From the sequence record OK272490.1: a DNA stretch of 64,000 nucleotides; one strand, 5' to 3'. The notes beneath the pieces are model-generated. The model worked only from the letters and a program-made list of their open reading frames with translations. It did no database searches and was not told the DNA's origin. This DNA comes from Escherichia phage JLBYU32. The stretch's first letter is position 1; every line of letters begins with the position of its first letter. This document shows positions 18,131 through 26,132 of this stretch, one piece after another. Made by a program: the position numbers and the translations under genes.

Positions 18131-18519
18131 TAACGAATAACCTGTGAAACTTGAATTGCTTCAGTTACAGACAAATCACCAACTTTCTCTTCTTTGATAA
18201 AAGTGAATGTGAGTTCAACAGGCTCTTGCTCTTCTTGCTCAACTGGAATGCCATTAAGCTCATCAAAGATTGATTGGGTAGTCCAGTCTTCTCCACCATC
18301 TGGATAATGGATGGCGTAAAGAGGAAACTCCATGTCATACCAGCCAAATACAGGGCAACCATCTGCATCATCTCGCATTCTGCGAAGGGTGCTACCTGAG
18401 CCTGTAAAGCGAAGACTAATATTTCCATTACACTCAAAAATCACTGCGTCAGCAAGTCCAGCATCTTCCCGACCATCATGGCCAAAGGTGTCAACTTTTA
18501 CTTGAATCTCTTTATTCAT
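18130..18519 (-). CDS. hypothetical acidic protein
   Basis: ORF. Confidence 0.5.
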   Translation of the reverse strand: MNKEIQVKVDTFGHDGREDAGLADAVIFECNGNISLRFTGSGSTLRRMRDDADGCPVFGWYDMEFPLYAIHYPDGGEDWTTQSIFDELNGIPVEQEEQEPVELTFTFIKEEKVGDLSVTEAIQVSQVIR

Positions 18520-18910
18520 AAAAACCTCTCTCTGCTTGTTCGATTTTTGCTCTTAAAGCTTCACAATGTTGAAAATGATAGTTAGCCTCTTGTTCATGTG
18601 TTGCTAACTGCCTTTCAAGAACAGTTTTATAATAACTTGCAAGTTGCTCTTTTGTCAATGGGTGTTCTGAAATAATATCAAGTCCACTTTCACCAAGAGG
18701 GTTGAATTGTCCATGTTCATTGACATTGTAAGTCTCAAACTTGAAGAGTCCATTGTTCACAGACTCAATAGGCGACAGCTCAACAAGCTCTACAGTAAAC
18801 CGTGTATATACCTTGTCACCTCTTGAAACCACATTGTTTCCGACAATGCGTACAAGCGAGCCATTACGAGTGTACTTAAAAGTTCCAAAGTCACTAGCCC
18901 AAAGTTTCAT
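18512..18910 (-). CDS. hypothetical protein
   Basis: ORF with AAGGAG RBS after - strand terminator. Confidence 0.5.
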   Translation of the reverse strand: MKLWASDFGTFKYTRNGSLVRIVGNNVVSRGDKVYTRFTVELVELSPIESVNNGLFKFETYNVNEHGQFNPLGESGLDIISEHPLTKEQLASYYKTVLERQLATHEQEANYHFQHCEALRAKIEQAERGFYE

Positions 18911-18925
18911 AATTTTCTCCTTAGA

Positions 18926-18952
18926 AAATAAAAAAGGCTCCCGAAGGAGCCT
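18926..18952 (-). terminator. rho-independent terminator (- strand)
   Basis: GGCTCC-TTCG-GGAGCC hairpin followed by U-tract on - strand, downstream of endolysin. Confidence 0.6.
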
Positions 18953-18961
18953 ATGAAGATA

Positions 18962-19426
18962 TTACTTTGGATATACACTGTCAAGATAAATGTCAGCTTC
19001 CATTCTACGTCTGTTTTTCAGGCCGTTTGAAGTGACCTTCTTACCTTTGACTGTAACCTTGTTCCACCACTGCATAGCTTCTGCACAACCGACCTTATTA
19101 CCAGCATTGTGGCGCTTGATAAATGTAGAATCCTGCATAGCTGTGATACCGATGTTGTATGTTTCACTTACAAGTGCATCGAACTCGTTCTGAGAAGTTG
19201 GAACCTTGATAGCTTTATTCACTGCTGCAACGAACTTCTCAACATCTGCAAGAAGATACTGTTCAGCTTGTTCAGCAGTAATTTTCATACCCATCTTAAC
19301 AGGTTTTCCGTCAATACGGATTGTCCCATACCCGATTGTTGGGATTCCGGCAGAGTCTTCGTAAGCCTCTAACTTCAGACCTTCAAAGAACTTAATAGCC
19401 TCTAAACCTTTTCTTGAGAGTTGCAT
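18962..19426 (-). CDS. endolysin, T4-lysozyme-like (GH24 family)
   Basis: EGLKLEAYEDSAGIPTIGYG resembles T4 lysozyme catalytic N-terminus (E..D..T motif); 154 aa. Confidence 0.75.
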   Translation of the reverse strand: MQLSRKGLEAIKFFEGLKLEAYEDSAGIPTIGYGTIRIDGKPVKMGMKITAEQAEQYLLADVEKFVAAVNKAIKVPTSQNEFDALVSETYNIGITAMQDSTFIKRHNAGNKVGCAEAMQWWNKVTVKGKKVTSNGLKNRRRMEADIYLDSVYPK

Positions 19427-20061
19427 TATGCCTCCCCTGCTGGGTTAACAGTAACTGTTGCTGCATCTGAGGTAACACTTGTTCCACCCTCTCCAGATAC
19501 AACGCAAGTGTATGAACCAGTGTCAGAAGGTACTACTGACTGTTTTGTGTAAGTTGCAGAATTGGCACTAGGGATGTCCTCACCATCCTTTTTCCACTGA
19601 TATCCAGTGGCGTTAGTTGCTAGAATGCTTAGAGTAAGTGTGTCACCCTCATTGACTGTTTGACCTGTTGGTTGCTGAGTAATTGTTGGTGGCTTAATAG
19701 CATCCTTCAACTTAGCATTCAACATTGAGAACGGCTTAACTCTTGCCAACCATTCACAGTAAATTGTGTCAACATCTTTACCATTGATGATTGCATACTG
19801 CAAATCCATGAAGAAATCAGCAGTTCTCATCTGTGCACCAACACTGTAAAGGAGTTCATCACTAAAAGGGACTTTGTAGTCTGGTTTGTAGTCAAACTTC
19901 TTAACCTCTGCAATATCAGCTTCAGGCCAATATGAGCTATAGGTGAGTGGTAAAATAGCCTCTTGATATGTTCTAAAATCATATCTCTTACCAGCTTTTA
20001 CGTTTGCAATGAAGCCCTTCACAAACTCTTTGAAGTCTGGGTAAGTCTTTGCTTTAATCAT
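19426..20061 (-). CDS. hypothetical protein with C-terminal Ig-like domain
   Basis: C-terminal ~85 aa (TITQQPTGQTVNEGDTLTLS...YQWKKDG...DTGSYTCVV) has Ig-like hallmarks; N-domain paralogous to next gene. Confidence 0.5.
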   Translation of the reverse strand: MIKAKTYPDFKEFVKGFIANVKAGKRYDFRTYQEAILPLTYSSYWPEADIAEVKKFDYKPDYKVPFSDELLYSVGAQMRTADFFMDLQYAIINGKDVDTIYCEWLARVKPFSMLNAKLKDAIKPPTITQQPTGQTVNEGDTLTLSILATNATGYQWKKDGEDIPSANSATYTKQSVVPSDTGSYTCVVSGEGGTSVTSDAATVTVNPAGEA

Positions 20062-20429
20062 TTCTTTTTAGCCTCTAAATGTGCGTTTAGTCTAAAATAA
20101 CCTTTGTGATTCGGAGATACATCACCAACGACAATACCTTTAACCTTATAACCTTTACCAATTACATACTGGATATCCATAAGGAATCTTCCAAGGCCAA
20201 CAATATGGAACATTGGGTATAATAGACTCTCAGAGTCTGGAATATTGATTTCAGGTTTGTAGATACGCTGTTCGCTTGTTGGTGTAATATCTTCTTCAGG
20301 CCATTTACTGAGTCTCCATGTCAAAGGTGTTGGGATAACATCATTAAGGCTGTACCTTTCACCATTTTGCACGGAATTGATATAGGATTGTAGGAAGCAA
20401 TAAAAGTCTTTTGCACTCTTAGCCTTCAT
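20058..20429 (-). CDS. hypothetical protein, paralog of N-domain of 19426-20061 product
   Basis: shared motifs (FMDxQY.I..GK, WPExDI) with the adjacent gene. Confidence 0.5.
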   Translation of the reverse strand: MKAKSAKDFYCFLQSYINSVQNGERYSLNDVIPTPLTWRLSKWPEEDITPTSEQRIYKPEINIPDSESLLYPMFHIVGLGRFLMDIQYVIGKGYKVKGIVVGDVSPNHKGYFRLNAHLEAKKK

Positions 20430-20476
20430 TAAATATCCTTATAAATAATTAAAGGGGCATCAGCCCCTATTCACAC

Positions 20477-21067
20477 TTAAGCTTTGGTCTTAAGTAGGTT
20501 CTTAAGTTTTTTAAGATTCATACTCTCATCAAACTTAAAACCAAATCCATTGACATAATCAATGAACTCGGATTTCTTACTAAGTGACAATGCGTAACTC
20601 ATATCAAAGTTCTTACTTGTTTCTGCGTCTGGACTAGAGTTCACATCAAATGAAATTTCTGTAGGCTCTTGCTTACTTTTTCTCATATTATCAATTAACA
20701 AACATGTATAGTTTGCTGGATAGAAGTTTACACTACCATCAACGTAGCTGTACTTATTATTGTGGATAAGGTTGGAAAAGACCTTAAGGAATGTTTCTGA
20801 GTCGTGGCAAACAAGTTTGAATTGGCTGCTCTCTCCAAGCGCAACTAATGAATACGGACTTTCACTATCAAAGTCATAATTTGGATTAGATGCCGTCACT
20901 GTTACACGCATCAAGTTATTAGCAATAGTCTTCTGTTTAAAAGAATTTTGAACATAGTGAAGACCTCTATCACACTGATTGACTAGCTCTTTAAGTAGGT
21001 CATTTGCATATGGTGAATTAATTGATACAGAGCCATCACTATTGTAATTAAAACTTACTGTTAACAT
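20477..21067 (-). CDS. hypothetical protein
   Basis: ORF. Confidence 0.5.
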   Translation of the reverse strand: MLTVSFNYNSDGSVSINSPYANDLLKELVNQCDRGLHYVQNSFKQKTIANNLMRVTVTASNPNYDFDSESPYSLVALGESSQFKLVCHDSETFLKVFSNLIHNNKYSYVDGSVNFYPANYTCLLIDNMRKSKQEPTEISFDVNSSPDAETSKNFDMSYALSLSKKSEFIDYVNGFGFKFDESMNLKKLKNLLKTKA

Positions 21068-21294
21068 TTTTCAGTTCTCCTGCGATTTATAATTTTGCTG
21101 CAATAGAGAAACGAAGTAAACTCACTGGAAGAAACCACTAAGTGTTGTTCACTAGATTGAGCCATTGCCCTGAAATACATTCCAGTCAAAGCATCATAGT
21201 GACTATTCTTTCCAATTGAGGTTATATAGCCATGACTCTTTGCAGTTTGATATAAATCTATAATATCTGCGATTTCTAATTGGGAACTACACAT
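21061..21294 (-). CDS. hypothetical protein
   Basis: ORF. Confidence 0.4.
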   Translation of the reverse strand: MCSSQLEIADIIDLYQTAKSHGYITSIGKNSHYDALTGMYFRAMAQSSEQHLVVSSSEFTSFLYCSKIINRRRTEKC

Positions 21295-21458
21295 AGATAA
21301 TCCTCTTGTCTTCTGTAATTTTGAAAGAACAGGTACAGACCAATTTCAGAGGATGAATAGTAGAGTAACTCTACCCTTTTTGATTCCTTACAGTGATTGG
21401 TATTTTTACCTTTCTTCGGGTTGTTTGATTTTCTCATTAAGTCTCCTTTGTAGAACAA
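21276..21458 (-). CDS. hypothetical small basic protein
   Basis: ORF; first gene of - strand block. Confidence 0.35.
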   Translation of the reverse strand: MFYKGDLMRKSNNPKKGKNTNHCKESKRVELLYYSSSEIGLYLFFQNYRRQEDYLCVVPN

Positions 21459-21536
21459 GGCAGACCTACAGCTTTAAGTAAGATGGTACAGTAATCCATA
21501 CAACAAGTCAAGAACTATTGCAAGTTAAAAAAGTTG

Positions 21537-21577
21537 TTGACAAAGTACTTGACAAGGTGTAGGCTTCTAAATACTTA
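21537..21577 (+). promoter_or_regulatory. candidate tandem promoters (two TTGACA boxes) in divergent intergenic region
   Basis: TTGACA at 21537 and 21549; -10 candidates weak. Confidence 0.3.
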
Positions 21578-21686
21578 GAAGATAACTTAAAAGGTTCCTC
21601 TAAAAAGGCTATTTAAACAGATATCTTTCTGGATATCTATCTTTTATCTTAAAAGCCTTTTAAGAGGTCTTATAAGAGGCATACCA

Positions 21687-22058
21687 ATGAAAAACAGAAC
21701 AAACAAAGGCCAGTTTAAAAAAGGCCAGTCTGGAAACCCATCTGGAAGACCTAAAGGCTCTCGTAACAAAAGTTCACTCGTAAAAGCTCAACTGACCATT
21801 GATAATTCTGCTGAGTTTGCTGCAAAGTTGTTTGAAGCGATTGTTACAAGGGATGCTGCTAAGCTTGCAGAGTTCGGTTTGACGACTGACGATGTAAACC
21901 TGAAGTCGATGATGGAAGCTGGTAAAACTATCATGACCCACTCAGCAGGTGAGATGAAAGCGATTGCAGCAGACACTAAGAAGACCCCTGATAATGGTGG
22001 TCAAACCCAGACAGATAACAAACCAACGTTTTCTGCTGTAGCGACTCTCAAAAAATAA
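21687..22058 (+). CDS. hypothetical protein with N-terminal AT-hook-like GNPSGRPKG motif
   Basis: KGQSGNPSGRPKGSRNK basic motif. Confidence 0.5.
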   Translation: MKNRTNKGQFKKGQSGNPSGRPKGSRNKSSLVKAQLTIDNSAEFAAKLFEAIVTRDAAKLAEFGLTTDDVNLKSMMEAGKTIMTHSAGEMKAIAADTKKTPDNGGQTQTDNKPTFSAVATLKK

Positions 22059-22138
22059 TTTTAAAAGGTGTTGACAGACTCTACAAAGTTGCTCTAAAGT
22101 CTGTCACATCAAACAACAATGAGAGAAGAGAGTAAAAT

Positions 22139-23554
22139 ATGAGCGAGTTATTTAAACATGCGCACCTTCATGCAGGTCGAACTGAAAATGGTGCTGTAAA
22201 CCATACTTCATCAATGTCTTCTCTGGTAGACTTTTACAAAGCCGCTGGCTCAAGCCGTAGTAATGTAGAAATCTTACCAGACCTGTTCTACAAAGCTTTG
22301 CGTGAGGATGTTGATGTTGCAGTTCGTATTTTGCTTCATATGCGAGATGTACGAGAAGGTATGGGTGAGCGTAAAGCTTTCCGAACTGTTTTACTTCAAG
22401 CGATTGAAGATAAAGTTTTAGAGCCTACGCAGGTTCTTCGCATTATGGGTAAGATTGCAGAACTTGGTCGTTTTGATGACTTCAAAATCTTCGCAGGTAC
22501 TCGTTTTGAGACAGATGCCTTCAAACATTTAGAAGCAGCATTACTAGACCCTGCAACAGCAGGTTTAGCAGCTAAGTGGTTGCCACGAGTAAAACCACGC
22601 CACAAACAGTTTGTAAAACGTTTCTGCAAGTTTGCAAACTTAAGTGAGAAGGAGTATCGCACACTGTTGTCTGCACTGTCTGATACGGTTGAGCAAAAAA
22701 TCTCTGCTAATGAGTTTGGTAAGATTGACTACAGCAAGATTCCTTCACTCGCTGCTGCACGTTACCAAAAACTCTTTAACCGTAAAGATGGGGAACGTTA
22801 CAAAGCTTACATTGAGTCCCTCTCAAAAGGTGAGGCTAAGATTAACGCTGGCGCTGTTTACCCATACGATGTGATTAAATCTATCAAGTATGGTAATGCA
22901 GATGTTGCTAATGAGCAGTGGAAAGCACTACCAAACTGGATGGCAGAAGGTGAAAACATCCTGTGTATGACTGATGTTTCAAGCTCAATGTCTTGGGTGA
23001 ATCTTGGTTCAATCACTGCCCTTGATATTGGTGTATCACTTGCATTGTATGTAGCAGAACGCAATACAGGTTGCTTTAAAAATGAGTTAATGGTGTACTC
23101 AACAGACCCTCATTTCATCGAACTGAGTGGTGATTTACAGACTCGTATGCGTCAAGTAATGAGTCATGTTGAATATGGTTCAACTTACTTACAAGCAGCT
23201 TTTGACCGTATTCTTGAGATAGGTAAAAGAAACAACTTGACTCAGGAAGATATGCCAAGTAAGCTTATCATCTTCTCCGATATGGAGTTCAATCAGGTTG
23301 ATGGTGCTAACGGTCGTACAAACTTTGAAGCAATTCAGAGTAAGTACAAAAAAGCTGGATATGAGATGCCACAACTGGTATTCTGGTACTTAGCAAACCG
23401 TAATGGCACTTGCGAAGTATCTGTTAAGGATAACGGTGTAGCAATGGTATCTGGTTTCTCTCCAGCCACTTTAAAAGCTCTGCTTGGTGGTGAGAAGTTT
23501 GACCCAATCAGCGTAATGCTCAAAGCAGTAATGATTGACCGTTACATTTGGTAA
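22139..23554 (+). CDS. vWA-domain protein with MIDAS-like DxSxS motif (Ro60/TROVE- or DUF2828-like architecture)
   Basis: alpha-helical N-terminal half; CMTDVSSSMS MIDAS-like motif and FSDMEF in C-terminal half; 471 aa. Confidence 0.45.
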   Translation: MSELFKHAHLHAGRTENGAVNHTSSMSSLVDFYKAAGSSRSNVEILPDLFYKALREDVDVAVRILLHMRDVREGMGERKAFRTVLLQAIEDKVLEPTQVLRIMGKIAELGRFDDFKIFAGTRFETDAFKHLEAALLDPATAGLAAKWLPRVKPRHKQFVKRFCKFANLSEKEYRTLLSALSDTVEQKISANEFGKIDYSKIPSLAAARYQKLFNRKDGERYKAYIESLSKGEAKINAGAVYPYDVIKSIKYGNADVANEQWKALPNWMAEGENILCMTDVSSSMSWVNLGSITALDIGVSLALYVAERNTGCFKNELMVYSTDPHFIELSGDLQTRMRQVMSHVEYGSTYLQAAFDRILEIGKRNNLTQEDMPSKLIIFSDMEFNQVDGANGRTNFEAIQSKYKKAGYEMPQLVFWYLANRNGTCEVSVKDNGVAMVSGFSPATLKALLGGEKFDPISVMLKAVMIDRYIW

Positions 23555-23572
23555 AAAGTTTCAAAAAGGGTA

Positions 23573-23601
23573 TTGACAATATGTTTGATACCCTTTAATA
23601 T
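23573..23601 (+). promoter_or_regulatory. sigma70-like promoter TTGACA-17-TAATAT overlapped by palindrome GGGTATTGACAATA...ATACCC
   Basis: consensus boxes; inverted repeat spans the -35; upstream of tRNA cluster. Confidence 0.55.
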
Positions 23602-23663
23602 GTTCTACATAGAAACGAAATGAGAGCTTTTCTAAGATACTGAAAAATATTTTAAAAAAGTTC

Positions 23664-23692
23664 TTGACAATCACTAAAAAATAATGTTAAAG
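23664..23692 (+). promoter_or_regulatory. candidate promoter TTGACA with weak -10, just upstream of first tRNA
   Basis: TTGACA at 23664; -10 ambiguous. Confidence 0.3.
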
Positions 23693-23719
23693 TGGTTACA
23701 TAGAGTTTGAAAAGTTTAT

Positions 23720-23796
23720 CTCTGTTTAGCTCAGCTTGGTAGAGCGTTCCGTTTGGGGCGGTAAGGCCGGAGGTTCAAGTCCTCCAACAGAGACCA
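23720..23796 (+). tRNA. tRNA-Pro (anticodon TGG)
   Basis: hand-folded cloverleaf; 7-bp acceptor, T-arm GGAGG-TTCAAGT-CCTCC, CCA encoded. Confidence 0.7.
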
Positions 23797-23803
23797 AATT
23801 AAT

Positions 23804-23881
23804 GTTCCAGTAGACAAAACGGTAAAGTCACCACTCTTTCAAAGTGGATATTTGAGGGCTCAAATCCCTTCTGGAACGCCA
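23804..23881 (+). tRNA. tRNA-Glu (anticodon TTC), atypical T-loop CTCAAAT
   Basis: perfect acceptor and anticodon stems; loop CTTTCAA. Confidence 0.7.
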
Positions 23882-23883
23882 GT

Positions 23884-23963
23884 TTTGACAGAAGACCAAT
23901 TACAGCAAGTTTAATCTTATTCATCTGACACGAAATCGGACAAAGAAGAGATTTGGTCTGGTC
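23884..23963 (+). repeat. tRNA spacer element CAGAAGACC..ACAGCAA ... TTGGTCTGG (copy 1)
   Basis: long-range inverted repeat AGACC/GGTCT; recurs at least 4 times between tRNAs. Confidence 0.6.
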
Positions 23964-23972
23964 ATTAAGAAT

Positions 23973-24049
23973 TGCGGGTATAGAGAAAGGGCGTCTCACA
24001 TGTCTCATTAGCATGGTATCGGCAGGTTCGACTCCTGCACCCGCCTCCA
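23973..24049 (+). tRNA. tRNA-Met (anticodon CAT)
   Basis: anticodon loop CTCATTA; T-arm GCAGG-TTCGACT-CCTGC; 1-72 mismatch. Confidence 0.65.
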
Positions 24050-24050
24050 A

Positions 24051-24117
24051 TTTTGCAGAAGACCGTATGCAGCAATAAACTACTTTTTGCGGATAAAAGA
24101 AAAAACACGGTCTGGCA
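24051..24117 (+). repeat. tRNA spacer element (copy 2)
   Basis: TTTTGCAGAAGACCGTATGCAGCAA ... CACGGTCTGGC. Confidence 0.6.
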
Positions 24118-24126
24118 ATGTATTAA

Positions 24127-24203
24127 GGTTAGGAAGCACATAAGGTATGTGCGGTCGCCTGTTAAGCGAATGGCACAGGGTTCGAATCCCTGACTAACCG
24201 CCA
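24127..24203 (+). tRNA. tRNA-Asn (anticodon GTT)
   Basis: loop CTGTTAA; T-arm CAGGG-TTCGAAT-CCCTG. Confidence 0.75.
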
Positions 24204-24212
24204 AATTTAAAT

Positions 24213-24300
24213 GTGTCGTTATCCCGTAGATGGTAGCGGTGGGGACTGTAAATCCCTTGTCATTGAGACTCGGTAGGTTCGACTCCTACACGGCACACCA
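24213..24300 (+). tRNA. tRNA-Tyr (anticodon GTA), long variable arm
   Basis: 88 nt; loop CTGTAAA; T-arm GTAGG-TTCGACT-CCTAC. Confidence 0.7.
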
Positions 24301-24306
24301 AATAAA

Positions 24307-24384
24307 GGTTATGTAGTTTAATCTGGTTAAAATACTCCCCTGTCACGGGAGATGATGAGGGTTCAAATCCCTTCGTAACCGCCA
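24307..24384 (+). tRNA. tRNA-Asp (anticodon GTC)
   Basis: anticodon stem CTCCC/GGGAG, loop CTGTCAC. Confidence 0.75.
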
Positions 24385-24442
24385 ATTTTGAGAGGGCTAT
24401 TTAGCCCCTCCCTTAAAGAGTTCTTACGAGTATTCTTTAAAG

Positions 24443-24514
24443 GAGCAGAAGACCAAATACAGCAAATACGTATGATATTTTCAAGCCAATTTAATTTTGA
24501 AAAAATTTAAAACT
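24443..24514 (+). repeat. tRNA spacer element (copy 3)
   Basis: GCAGAAGACCAAATACAGCAA ... AACTTGGTCTGGC. Confidence 0.6.
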
Positions 24515-24520
24515 TGGTCT

Positions 24521-24668
24521 GGCTCAACAATTTTACAGAAGACCGTTTACAGCAAAACTTAAACAATCTATTTCTCGGTAAAGAAAAGGAGAAGGTTCGA
24601 TTCCTTCACTCGACAGATGTCGAGTTGGTGTAATGGTAGCACTTAAGATGATAAACAACGGTCTGGTA
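24521..24668 (+). repeat. tRNA spacer element (copy 4) containing a tRNA-like fragment
   Basis: TTTTACAGAAGACCGTTTACAGCAA ... AACGGTCTGG. Confidence 0.6.
24585..24640 (+). pseudogene. tRNA-like fragment: T-arm then acceptor-like hairpin then D-arm-like segment (degenerate or permuted tRNA?)
   Basis: GAAGG-TTCGATT-CCTTC then ACTCGAC-AGAT-GTCGAGT then TGGTGTAATGGTAGCAC; no canonical cloverleaf in normal order. Confidence 0.25.
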
Positions 24669-24817
24669 ATCATCTTTGCAGTAGCTTATGTGGCTAATTA
24701 TGTCGTCCCATGAGTGCCGATGAATTTCCTTAGCATGATTCTAGATTAGCTTAATAGGAAATGACTCTACAGACCCTTTAGCAAGGTCTGCGTAGGTTAC
24801 TGCAAAGATGATTTAAT

Positions 24818-24892
24818 GGAAGTGTAGCAGAATGGTGATGCGGCAGACTTTTAATCTGACAGGCGATGGGTTCGAATCCCTCCACTTCTACC
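24818..24892 (+). tRNA. tRNA-Lys (anticodon TTT)
   Basis: loop CTTTTAA; paralog of tRNA at 26051 (shared T-arm GATGGGTTCRAWTCCCTCC). Confidence 0.65.
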
Positions 24893-24897
24893 AAAAT

Positions 24898-24974
24898 GGT
24901 TCAGTCGCAGATAAGGTAATGCAGGGGTCTCATAAGCCCTATGAATGTGGGTTCGATTCCCATCTGAACCTCCA
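24898..24974 (+). tRNA. tRNA with anticodon CAT (Met, or Ile via lysidine)
   Basis: loop CTCATAA; perfect acceptor GGTTCAG/CTGAACC. Confidence 0.7.
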
Positions 24975-24976
24975 AT

Positions 24977-25051
24977 TGTGGGTTAGCATAAATGGTAATG
25001 CAAACGGCTGATAACCGTTAGAAGAGGGTTCGATACCCTCACCTACAACCA
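24977..25051 (+). tRNA. tRNA-Ile (anticodon GAT)
   Basis: anticodon stem AACGG/CCGTT, loop CTGATAA. Confidence 0.75.
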
Positions 25052-25066
25052 ATTTCAATAAAGTTG

Positions 25067-25095
25067 TTGACATTTAGATGTGACCACTTTATAGT
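25067..25095 (+). promoter_or_regulatory. sigma70-like promoter TTGACA-17-TATAGT inside tRNA cluster
   Basis: consensus boxes; followed by ~200 nt of structured non-tRNA sequence before next tRNA. Confidence 0.6.
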
Positions 25096-25299
25096 AACCT
25101 TAGTTTTCGTTGCGTAGCGTCTATTTTGCAAATTTAAAATAAATGCAAACGACAATGTTTTTCTGGCAGTAGCTTGATAGGCTAAACACCAGTGAGGTCT
25201 TCCAATCCCTCATCAAAGAATTTGGCGTACTAGCCCACGGTATGATTAATAAAGTGGGCATCTTTAAGGGCTTTCTAAGAGAGTCTTTAAAGATAATTA

Positions 25300-25381
25300 C
25301 GGGGCGTATCTCAGCTGTCTTCTAAACAGCCGTTAACCGAGTAAGTGGAGTATGCGGGTTCGAGTCCTGCCGCCTCGACCA
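25300..25381 (+). tRNA. atypical tRNA-like gene (possible anticodon TCT, Arg); fold uncertain
   Basis: good acceptor and T-arm (GCGGG-TTCGAGT-CCTGC) but non-canonical D region; hairpin GCTGT-CTTCTAA-ACAGC. Confidence 0.35.
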
Positions 25382-25524
25382 ATTTAGTTAGCAGATTACT
25401 TAGACGACCTAAGCGGGTCTTCCTGTAGGGAGGTGGTCTGTATCTCATGTTTTCCAGAACATGTAAATAATCTGAGAAGGGGCTTTACAGTGTTGAGATA
25501 ATACGGTAAGCTTCGAATTATAGT

Positions 25525-25606
25525 ATGGGACGATGTTAAGACTCTAAGGCATGAGCAACGGCTTCCAACACCGTTTCAAAGGGGTTCAACTCCTCCGTCC
25601 CATGCC
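25525..25606 (+). tRNA. atypical tRNA, possibly tRNA-Trp (anticodon CCA) with oversized D region
   Basis: perfect 7-bp acceptor ATGGGAC/GTCCCAT, T-loop TTCAACT; candidate anticodon loop TTCCAAC. Confidence 0.4.
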
Positions 25607-25620
25607 AAAGTCTTATTAGG

Positions 25621-25708
25621 GGTAGGTAGCGGCTAATGGTAGCCAAACTGTCTTGAAAACAGTTGCCACTGTAGAGATACGGTGAGGGTTCGACTCCTTT
25701 ACTTACCG
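25621..25708 (+). tRNA. tRNA-Ser (anticodon TGA), long variable arm
   Basis: 88 nt; anticodon stem ACTGT/ACAGT loop CTTGAAA; CCA not encoded. Confidence 0.7.
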
Positions 25709-25855
25709 CCTAATAAGATTTAAAGCCAAGCTTCATTCGGATGTTGCTTTGGTATACCGCGTGTATTGTTGTACACACAGATAAAACACCTAGTAGGTGT
25801 CACGGAGAAGAGATAATATCAAGCTCTCCAAAGGTTCTAGTCACCGGATTAAACA

Positions 25856-25880
25856 AGACTATGCAAAGACCTTTTTAGGT
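25856..25880 (+). terminator. hairpin + T-tract inside tRNA cluster spacer
   Basis: AAGACC-TTTTT-AGGTCTT followed by TTTTAGAG. Confidence 0.4.
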
Positions 25881-25966
25881 CTTTTTAGAGGGCTTCTAAG
25901 GTTATTAGTCGCTTGTTGTGGAACCTTGTTGCTCAGGTTCTTAGAAGTTCTCTAAAAAGATTTAAT

Positions 25967-26043
25967 GCACCTATAGCCCAACTGGTGGAGGCAGCAGACT
26001 TAGAATCTGCTCAGTGTGAGTTCGAATCTCTCTAGGTGTACCA
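25967..26043 (+). tRNA. tRNA with anticodon TAG (Leu by anticodon) but class I (short variable loop) shape
   Basis: anticodon stem GCAGA/TCTGC loop CTTAGAA; 77 nt; discriminator A. Confidence 0.6.
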
Positions 26044-26050
26044 AATTAAT

Positions 26051-26126
26051 GCAGGTGTAGCAAAATGGTTATGCGGCTGACTCTTAATCAGTAAGACGAT
26101 GGGTTCAATTCCCTCCACCTGTACCA
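26051..26126 (+). tRNA. tRNA-Lys (anticodon CTT)
   Basis: loop CTCTTAA; paralog of tRNA-Lys(TTT) at 24818. Confidence 0.65.
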
Positions 26127-26132
26127 AACATT

